Origin: an uncultured Roseivirgaceae bacterium
GTDB taxonomy: Bacteria > Bacteroidota > Bacteroidia > Cytophagales > Cyclobacteriaceae
Length of the DNA stretch: 64,000 nucleotides
Direction of reading: 5' to 3'
NCBI GenBank assembly: GCA_964403075.1
Contig: CAYOEV010000001.1
Span: 298,864-362,863, forward strand
The first letter of the stretch is position 1. Each line of letters opens with the position of its first letter. Shown here one piece after another: positions 57,609 through 64,000 of the stretch. The notes below the pieces were generated by a model, which was given only the letters and a program-made list of their open reading frames with translations, had not been told where the DNA came from and made no database searches. The position numbers and the translations under genes are program-made.

Positions 57609-58484
57609 TTAATTTCTTTTGTCGAAGCCCCAAGACAGCTTGCTTCTCAGCGTATCCAGAAAGGATTCACCGGATAGTTTTATGAGAACTGCCCGGAATT
57701 TTGCTTTGGACACGGTCAATTCAAGATTTTCAGGGGACACAGTTCGCGAGCGTGAATCCAGCGAGAGCAGACAACTCCTGTCTCTTGAGGCAATGGTAAA
57801 GGATAGTTTGCTGTCATCGGGTATTAAGAGCGGGCGAACGTTGAGATTGTGTGGACTGACTGGTGTGACTAAGAAATTCTGTGTTTCTGGCATGATCACC
57901 GGCCCACCACAGCTAAGAGAGTAGCCGGTAGACCCTGTCGGTGTGCTCACCATCAATCCATCCGCCCAGTACGTATTCAGATGTTCGCCATTGATTGCGC
58001 ACCTAACGACAATCATCGAGGAGGTATCTCTTCTCAGGATGGCAAATTCGTTGAGGGCAAAGGGCGCTTCTTGGAATAAGTCATCATTTTCTAGCGCCAC
58101 CAATGTACGGAAATCAAATTCATATTGCCGGTCGAAAAGCGATGTAATCGCTTCTTCCACCCTTTCCTTATTGATGGTGGCAAGAAATCCAAGCCTACCC
58201 GTGTTAATACCTAACAACGGGATTTCTGAATTACCCACATGCGTTAGGACTTCGAGAAGGGTGCCATCTCCTCCCAAGGTAATCACTGCATCTGCATCCT
58301 TGCTGGAAAGCCGATTGGGATAGGTATTGAAAGAACCGAGGTCAAGGTAGGGATGGTTGGTTTTTCTGAAGTCTGCGGATAAAATCACCTCCTTACCTGA
58401 TAGCTTCAGCAATTTCAACACGCCCTCCACTGCATCCTGAGAAGCTTTATCTACTGGTTTCCCATGGATGGCTATGCGCTGCAT
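57609..58484 (-). CDS. nadK: NAD+ kinase
   Basis: GGDGTLL motif, INTGRLGFL and STPTGSTGYSLSCGGP. Confidence 0.92.
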   Translation of the reverse strand: MQRIAIHGKPVDKASQDAVEGVLKLLKLSGKEVILSADFRKTNHPYLDLGSFNTYPNRLSSKDADAVITLGGDGTLLEVLTHVGNSEIPLLGINTGRLGFLATINKERVEEAITSLFDRQYEFDFRTLVALENDDLFQEAPFALNEFAILRRDTSSMIVVRCAINGEHLNTYWADGLMVSTPTGSTGYSLSCGGPVIMPETQNFLVTPVSPHNLNVRPLLIPDDSKLSFTIASRDRSCLLSLDSRSRTVSPENLELTVSKAKFRAVLIKLSGESFLDTLRSKLSWGFDKRN

Positions 58485-58486
58485 AT

Positions 58487-59152
58487 TTATGGCGTCAGGA
58501 ATCTAAATAAACCCTCCAGGCGCTCCTTTTCATTGAATGAAATCTCTTGTTCATTAAACCTTGCTTCTATCAGGTAGCCGTGGTTTTCCAAAACAGATGC
58601 AATCTGCGAGATTTCTTCTGTATCTAATTTCAAAGTAAGTCGGTATCGATCTGGTTGATCCAGTTGCGGCGCCAGGTAGCTACTTAGAATGATTATTCCG
58701 TTTCTTTCTATTAAATCAGCGATTTGGCCTAACGAGTAGTCTTTGAAAGCTACCGACAAAACCAAAATCGCCCCGGGATGCCTTACGGACGTGGTTTGCG
58801 CAAAGGCTTCTACTACATTTTCTACCGAAACAACGCCTAGGTATCTATTCTGCGCATCCAGTACCCCCACCATGCGATAACCCAATTGCTGCGCTTTTGC
58901 AAGGAGTTCGTAGTAGTGTTGATTGTCATAGACAAAACAATCCGAACCCTTGAAAGAGGGTATGCCGGAAAGCGACTCGATTTCTGCTGGTTCCATCAAG
59001 ATTTCTTCATCTGCGAGACCTACAAATTCCCCCTTATTTACCACTGGTAGTTCCGCAACCTTCAATTCTTCCATCCAGCGCAAAGCTTTCTCCCTGCGAT
59101 CTTCCAACTTTAGTGGCGGAATCATGTAATTGATAAGGTCTTTTGCAATCAT
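58487..59152 (-). CDS. CBS-domain protein
   Basis: 221 aa with a CBS-pair-like N-terminal two-thirds (LPVVNKGEFVGL..., VGVLDAQNRYLGVVS). C-terminal ACT-like segment. Confidence 0.7.
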   Translation of the reverse strand: MIAKDLINYMIPPLKLEDRREKALRWMEELKVAELPVVNKGEFVGLADEEILMEPAEIESLSGIPSFKGSDCFVYDNQHYYELLAKAQQLGYRMVGVLDAQNRYLGVVSVENVVEAFAQTTSVRHPGAILVLSVAFKDYSLGQIADLIERNGIIILSSYLAPQLDQPDRYRLTLKLDTEEISQIASVLENHGYLIEARFNEQEISFNEKERLEGLFRFLTP

Positions 59153-59916
59153 GCGGCATCTTTTGTGTTTTCTAAAAATTCTTTGAGCAACTTATTGAAT
59201 CGTTTAGGATGCTCCATCATGGGCGCATGACAGCAGCGATCAATGAATCTAAGAGTTGTGTTGGGGATGAGCCGGTCAAATTCATGCGCTACCATTGGAG
59301 GTGTGATCGTGTCGTTTAAACCCCAAATTAGCAAAGTTGGTGCCTTTATTTCCGGGATTTCTCCGGCCATGTTGTTGCGCTGTGCAGATTTGGCTATGGC
59401 CACTATACGCAGCGACTTGGGTATGCTCTTCAGGGTATCAAATACTTCATCAATCAACTCCTTGGTGGCCGTCCGGGGGTCATAAAAAGTATAAGCTACC
59501 CGCTCCGAAATGTAATCGTAGCTGCCTCGTTTCGGAAAAGAACCTCCCATTGAATCTTCAAACAGTCCTGAGCTACCTGTTAGAATCAATCTTTTTACTT
59601 TTTCTGGATTTTTCAGTGAATAAACCAATGCCACATGACCACCCAGGGAGTTACCCATCAGATTAAAGCTGTTCAGCCCCATCATTTCCACAAATCCTTC
59701 CACGAATTCATTCAGTTTTTCGAGCCCAGCCTGTTTTACGGGCATTGTGTAAATGGGAAGTAGCGGGATAAGCACACGGTATTGTTTAGAGAAAGCCTGC
59801 ACGACACCGTCCCAATTGCTCAATGCACCAAATAAGCCGTGCAGCAGGATAATGATTTCACCCGTTCCCTGATCAATAAATTTGTAATTTTCCTTTTCTA
59901 CAATTTTCATAAGCAT
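59149..59916 (-). CDS. alpha/beta-fold hydrolase
   Basis: HGLFG oxyanion region, nucleophile elbow GNSLGGH and a C-terminal CCHAPMMEHP His region. Confidence 0.85.
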   Translation of the reverse strand: MLMKIVEKENYKFIDQGTGEIIILLHGLFGALSNWDGVVQAFSKQYRVLIPLLPIYTMPVKQAGLEKLNEFVEGFVEMMGLNSFNLMGNSLGGHVALVYSLKNPEKVKRLILTGSSGLFEDSMGGSFPKRGSYDYISERVAYTFYDPRTATKELIDEVFDTLKSIPKSLRIVAIAKSAQRNNMAGEIPEIKAPTLLIWGLNDTITPPMVAHEFDRLIPNTTLRFIDRCCHAPMMEHPKRFNKLLKEFLENTKDAA

Positions 59917-59927
59917 TGATAATCAAT

Positions 59928-59935
59928 CAAAAATA
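59928..59935 (-). promoter_or_regulatory. candidate -7 box (TATTTTTG on the minus strand)
   Basis: Plus-strand CAAAAATA. It lies 11 nt upstream of the minus-strand ATG at 59916, in the 36-nt spacer after cvpA. Confidence 0.35.
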
Positions 59936-59952
59936 GTGAAACCTTCTTTGAG

Positions 59953-60489
59953 TCAAAGAAATGCCTCACTTGGCACCGGTGCTTTAGGACTTTCTTTAAT
60001 GAGATCATGAAAAATGGGAAAGTATTCCGACAACCAACCGTACAAAGCTGGACCAATTGGTTGTAGGATGGAATAGACCATGGAGTCGGAAGTCCACTCG
60101 AGAGGCAACTCGATCCCAAAAGATTCAAAAATCCACATCACTACGCTCAAAATGAAGAGCCATTTAACCGTGCTCGCAAACGCACCCAATAGGTTATCTA
60201 CCCAGCCGAGTAAGGTTAGATTAACTACCGTCTTGATCCAGGAAGCTGCCAGTTTAATACCCCAGACAAGAAACAAAAAAAGGACAAAGAAAACGACCAT
60301 TGAAATCAAGGTAATTAAGGGTGAATCTTCGAAGAAATAACGGGTGACTGGAAATGACAATCTCATGGCCAGAAAAAGCCCGAGGAAAAAAGCAAGAAAA
60401 GAAAAGACCTCAACAATTAATCCCTTTCGATAGCCGGAAAAGGCCGCTACAGCCAGCATCAGTACCATGGCCCAGTCAAAACTATTCAA
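59953..60489 (-). CDS. cvpA: CvpA-family membrane protein
   Basis: 178 aa with four TM helices. The N-terminus (FDWAMVLMLAVAAFSGYRKGLIVEVFSF) is typical of CvpA. Confidence 0.75.
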   Translation of the reverse strand: MNSFDWAMVLMLAVAAFSGYRKGLIVEVFSFLAFFLGLFLAMRLSFPVTRYFFEDSPLITLISMVVFFVLFLFLVWGIKLAASWIKTVVNLTLLGWVDNLLGAFASTVKWLFILSVVMWIFESFGIELPLEWTSDSMVYSILQPIGPALYGWLSEYFPIFHDLIKESPKAPVPSEAFL

Positions 60490-60935
60490 GAGAGCAGTTT
60501 TCTGGCAATTTGAGAAATGATTTTGCCATCAGCCCGGCCGGCCATTTGTTTGGAGGCCTGTCCCATCACTTTGCCCATGTCTGACGGTCCTTGGGCGCCG
60601 GTGGCCTCAATAATACCCTTAAGATTTGCCTCTACTTCAGAAGTTGACAGTTGTTTCGGCAAAAACTCTTCTATAACAGCCAGCTCCTGACGCTCGACAA
60701 ATGCAAGATCTTCACGACCCTGCCCTTCATATATTTCCAGACTGTCACGACGCTGCTTTGCCGCTTTAGTCAGCACTTTAGTTTCCACTTCTTCGGAAAG
60801 TGAACCTCCACTTCCTTTTTCTGTTTCTGACAAAAGGATTTGTGATTTGATGGCACGGAGTGCACGAAGGCGATCTTTGTCTTTGTTGCGCATGGCATCC
60901 TTGATGCCTTCTTCGATTTTAGCTTTCAGGCTCAT
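60486..60935 (-). CDS. GatB/YqeY-domain protein
   Basis: 149 aa. MSLKAKIEEGIKDAMRNKDKDRLRALRAIKS is the family-typical start. Confidence 0.9.
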   Translation of the reverse strand: MSLKAKIEEGIKDAMRNKDKDRLRALRAIKSQILLSETEKGSGGSLSEEVETKVLTKAAKQRRDSLEIYEGQGREDLAFVERQELAVIEEFLPKQLSTSEVEANLKGIIEATGAQGPSDMGKVMGQASKQMAGRADGKIISQIARKLLS

Positions 60936-60976
60936 ACAAAAAAGGTTAATTTGTAGTTAGTATTTACGGTGGGAAG

Positions 60977-61696
60977 ATGACCAAACTTAGTGTAAACGTC
61001 AACAAAATTGCAACACTTCGCAATGCAAGAGGGGGAGAAATGCCCAACGTTGTAAAGGCCGCAAAAGCGGCAGAACGGTTTGGTGCCGACGGCATTACCA
61101 TTCACCCTCGTCCTGATGAGCGCCATATCAAGGCTGCCGATGTGTACGATCTTGCGCGTGTGCTTAAAACTGAATTTAACATTGAGGGGTATCCGGATGA
61201 TCGTTATCTGCATTTCATCGAGCAGGTTCGCCCAACTCAGGCTACCCTGGTGCCTGATGGCCCGGATGTATTGACCTCTAATGCAGGATGGGACACCCAA
61301 AGGAATAGTGAATTTTTGAAAAATATTATCAGCCAAATACATCGGTGGCAGGTCAGGGTATCGGTATTTGTTGATCCTGATGTAGGCATGGTAGAGGGAG
61401 CAGCGCAGATTGGTGCTGATCGGGTAGAACTGTACACTGAAGCCTACGCGAGTGGTTATCAACGGGACTGCGAATTGGCAATACAGCCCTACCTGCAGGC
61501 GGCCGAAAAGGTCCGAGAGCTTCAAATGGGCTTGAATGCGGGACATGACCTCAATCTGGATAACCTGGCCTATTTCAAGGCGAGCATACCTTGGGTGGAG
61601 GAAGTGTCAATAGGCCATGCGTTGGTGTCGGATGCGCTCTATTATGGCTTGGAAAACACCATCGGACTTTATCTAAGACAACTTTCTGGTACATGA
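60977..61696 (+). CDS. pdxJ: pyridoxine 5'-phosphate synthase
   Basis: LSVNVNKIATLRNARGG, GITIHPRPDERHI, NAGHDLN and SIGHALV motifs. Confidence 0.95.
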   Translation: MTKLSVNVNKIATLRNARGGEMPNVVKAAKAAERFGADGITIHPRPDERHIKAADVYDLARVLKTEFNIEGYPDDRYLHFIEQVRPTQATLVPDGPDVLTSNAGWDTQRNSEFLKNIISQIHRWQVRVSVFVDPDVGMVEGAAQIGADRVELYTEAYASGYQRDCELAIQPYLQAAEKVRELQMGLNAGHDLNLDNLAYFKASIPWVEEVSIGHALVSDALYYGLENTIGLYLRQLSGT

Positions 61697-62451
61697 ATTT
61701 ATATTTTAAAAAAATAGGTAATGGGCCTCCAATATTTATCCTGCATGGTGTATTTGGGTCGGGAGACAATTGGTTGTCCTTGGCAAAGTCCCTGGAACGG
61801 CACACTTGTTATCTGATAGATCAACGGAATCACGGTCAGTCACCGCATAGTGATAGCCTCAATTACGAAGTGATGGCGGAGGATTTAAATGACCTGATGG
61901 AAGCTGAGGGTTTGGAGTCTGTCGTGGTGATGGGTCATTCCATGGGGGGGAAAGTTGCCATGACTTTTGGTGCTAAATATCCGCATCGCGTAGATAGACT
62001 GATCGTGGTAGACATCGCTCCGAGGCATTATCCCCCCCATCACAGCGACATTTTCGATGCCTTCGCGTCAGTAGATGTCAGGAACTTACAATCCAGGAAA
62101 GAGGCTGAACAACAGATGGCGAAACAAATACATGACGAGGGGGTGCGCCTGTTTATTTTGAAAAATTTGCAAAGGACCCGGGAAGGGTTTTCCTGGAAAC
62201 TGAATCTGAAGGCGATAAAAGAAAATGCGAACGCCATTGGCGCGGCACTGCCGGATGATTACAGTTTTGAAGGCCCCACCTTATTCATTGGTGGAGAAAA
62301 GTCTGCCTATATCCTGGAAGAAGACCAGGTGGACATTCAACATCACTTTCCTCATGCACAGGTCGTGCACCTGAAAGATGCCGGCCACTGGGTGCATGCT
62401 GATCAGCCGGATGCCTTACGCCAATTAATAGATAAGTTTTTAAGTCAATGA
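61693..62451 (+). CDS. alpha/beta-fold hydrolase
   Basis: ATG at 61693 (ATGA overlap with pdxJ). ILHGVFGS, GHSMGGKVA and DAGHWVHADQP motifs. The ORF-track start at 61591 lies inside pdxJ. Confidence 0.85.
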   Translation: MNLYFKKIGNGPPIFILHGVFGSGDNWLSLAKSLERHTCYLIDQRNHGQSPHSDSLNYEVMAEDLNDLMEAEGLESVVVMGHSMGGKVAMTFGAKYPHRVDRLIVVDIAPRHYPPHHSDIFDAFASVDVRNLQSRKEAEQQMAKQIHDEGVRLFILKNLQRTREGFSWKLNLKAIKENANAIGAALPDDYSFEGPTLFIGGEKSAYILEEDQVDIQHHFPHAQVVHLKDAGHWVHADQPDALRQLIDKFLSQ

Positions 62452-63167
62452 AAAAGGGTACACTGTATTTGTTACCCACTTATTTGCACCCCGACAATAG
62501 CGAAAATGATGTCGCCGGTCTGGTGGGAGATGTCATCAAAAGGCTAAATTTATTTTTGGTAGAAAATGCGCGGACAGCACGTAGATACATCTCAAGTCTC
62601 AACGTGGGGATCAGCATCGAGTCTTTAAGACTTGAAACCTTTGATAAACATACGGAACTGGCTTCCGTGATACCCCTCTTGCGCCTTTTGAAGGAAGGCA
62701 AAGATGTGGGTGTTTTGTCCGAGGCCGGATTGCCGGGTGTGGCAGACCCGGGCGCAAAGCTGGTGGCCTGGGCGCATAATCATGCAATTGATGTGGTCCC
62801 TATCACTGGGGCTTCTGCCTTGTCGCTTACATTGACAGGAACGGGATTCAATGGGCAGGCTTTCACCTTTCATGGTTACTTGCCTATCGATAAGCGGGAC
62901 AGGCAACAGCGGATTCAGCAACTTGTTCGGGAAGTGGGAAAAACGGGGTATACCCAACTATTCATGGAGGTGCCGCATAGAAACAATCAATTGATGCAGG
63001 CGTTGGTGGAAACAATGCCGGATAATACATGGTTGGCGATGGGTGTGAATCTGGGCAGTAACGCGGGTTATGTTAAAACACGTTCAGTGGCCGCATGGAA
63101 ATTGGAATTGCCCGATCTTCACAAGCAATTGGCTGTATTCGCAATTGGTCGTCTTTTACTTCAATGA
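62448..63167 (+). CDS. tetrapyrrole-methylase-fold SAM-dependent methyltransferase (RsmI paralogue)
   Basis: LYLLPT, ENARTARR and LSEAGLPGVADPG motifs parallel those of RsmI, but the N-terminus and tail differ. 239 aa. Confidence 0.8.
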   Translation: MKKGTLYLLPTYLHPDNSENDVAGLVGDVIKRLNLFLVENARTARRYISSLNVGISIESLRLETFDKHTELASVIPLLRLLKEGKDVGVLSEAGLPGVADPGAKLVAWAHNHAIDVVPITGASALSLTLTGTGFNGQAFTFHGYLPIDKRDRQQRIQQLVREVGKTGYTQLFMEVPHRNNQLMQALVETMPDNTWLAMGVNLGSNAGYVKTRSVAAWKLELPDLHKQLAVFAIGRLLLQ

Positions 63168-63173
63168 TTCGAT

Positions 63174-63181
63174 TAAATTTG
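63174..63181 (+). promoter_or_regulatory. candidate -7 box (TAAATTTG) for metK
   Basis: Exact TAnnTTTG match in the 48-nt spacer. The metK ATG is at 63216. Confidence 0.35.
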
Positions 63182-63215
63182 CCAGTCAATTTTGGAATAA
63201 ACCAAATGCTCGTTC

Positions 63216-64000
63216 ATGTCATACTATTTCACCTCAGAGTCAGTTTCTGAAGGACACCCCGATAAAATTGCAGACCAAATTTCTGATGCCTTGCTGGATC
63301 ATTTCCTTGTTAACGATCCAGACTCTAAGGTGGCTTGTGAAACCATGGTCACCACCGGCTTAACGGTGCTTTCAGGAGAGGTTCGCACCCGTGCATACAT
63401 CGATGTGCAGCAGGTCGCCCGAGATGTGATCAACCGCATCGGGTATACCAAAAGCGAATACATGTTTGATGGTAATTCGTGTGGTGTCATTTCGTCCATC
63501 CACGAGCAATCACCAGATATCGCTCAAGGAGTCGATCGTGATACGGAAGACAATCAGGGGGCAGGAGATCAGGGAATGATGTTTGGATATGCCTCAGCAG
63601 AATCCGACAATTTTATGCCGGTGGCATTGAATCTGAGTCATATTATTCTTCAGGAACTTGCCGTACTGCGAAGGGAAAGCAAAGAAATAGACTATCTGAG
63701 GCCGGATGCCAAATCTCAGGTGACCATTGAATATGGGGATGACCATAAGCCATTGCGCATTGCCACCATAGTCATCAGTACCCAGCACGACGAATTTGGA
63801 ACGGACAGTGAAATGTTGAGAAAAATTAAAAAGGACTTACTTACGATTCTCATTCCTCGGGTTAAAAATCGCTTAAGCGAGGAGAATCAGAAGTTATTTA
63901 ATGAGGATATTATTTATCACATCAATCCCACCGGCAAGTTCGTCATTGGTGGTCCGCATGGTGACGCTGGCCTAACGGGAAGAAAAATTATCGTGGATAC
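63216..64000 (+). CDS. metK: S-adenosylmethionine synthase (partial; runs off the window end)
   Basis: Absent from the ORF track because there is no stop in the window. ATG at 63216 gives [28 protein letters not shown]. The frame stays open to 64000 and ends in [17 protein letters not shown]. Confidence 0.95.
   Translation, partial: MSYYFTSESVSEGHPDKIADQISDALLDHFLVNDPDSKVACETMVTTGLTVLSGEVRTRAYIDVQQVARDVINRIGYTKSEYMFDGNSCGVISSIHEQSPDIAQGVDRDTEDNQGAGDQGMMFGYASAESDNFMPVALNLSHIILQELAVLRRESKEIDYLRPDAKSQVTIEYGDDHKPLRIATIVISTQHDEFGTDSEMLRKIKKDLLTILIPRVKNRLSEENQKLFNEDIIYHINPTGKFVIGGPHGDAGLTGRKIIVD

Noticed and set aside
60932-61546. 204-aa ORF antisense to pdxJ
   Set aside because: The plus-strand frame is an unmistakable PdxJ. 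The antisense translation has no recognisable motifs and a Cys/Arg/Tyr-rich composition typical of non-coding frames.
63168-63215. Possible SAM riboswitch upstream of metK
   Set aside because: The spacer is only 48 nt and contains just a weak TTTGG/CCAAA stem. It is too short for SAM-I, and I could not fit the SAM-II pseudoknot consensus by eye. An Infernal scan would settle it.
1-64000. CRISPR arrays, IS elements, integrases, prophage or defence islands, tRNA/rRNA genes
   Set aside because: No direct-repeat/spacer periodicity, no inverted terminal repeats and no transposase, integrase or phage-like translations were seen. Intergenic space is too small to hide RNA genes, apart from the 267-nt spacer at 50976-51242, which has no tRNA-like features.

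Overview
This is a dense, almost fully coding 64-kb chromosomal segment. It has the hallmarks of a Bacteroidota genome: a T9SS C-terminal sorting domain, TAnnTTTG -7 boxes, no Shine-Dalgarno sequences, and the conserved orders uppS-bamA-skp-skp, purH-mreBCD-mrdA-rodA and coaX...lptC...ppiD. I support about 69 CDS. I saw no rRNA or tRNA genes, no CRISPR array, no transposase, integrase or phage genes, and no obvious defence or toxin-antitoxin module. Content is mostly housekeeping: recF, pdhA, ribH, coaX, pheS, purNH, the Rod complex, tdk, recO, the BAM/Skp cluster, nadK, pdxJ and metK. There is also a roughly 10-kb minus-strand operon of nucleotide-sugar enzymes with an embedded cysC-cysD-cysN-cysQ (PAPS) module, and a ccmBCDEF cytochrome c maturation operon. 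I did not find a clear-cut, self-contained novel system. The best candidates for follow-up are: (1) the PAPS plus NDP-sugar precursor operon, which has no sulfotransferase or sulfite-reduction genes in view; (2) a variant System I Ccm with a Cys-type (CPSKY) CcmE, no ccmA/G/H in the operon and an enlarged CcmF; (3) an uncharacterised barrel / helical-repeat / small-membrane gene set around lptC; (4) an acidic, linker-rich hypothetical protein abutting the Rod operon; (5) a UbiA-family prenyltransferase whose second Asp-rich motif looks degenerate. Gene packing is extreme: four of five convergent gene pairs abut or overlap at their stop codons. All calls come from reading the ORF translations and the DNA by eye. 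No database search was run.
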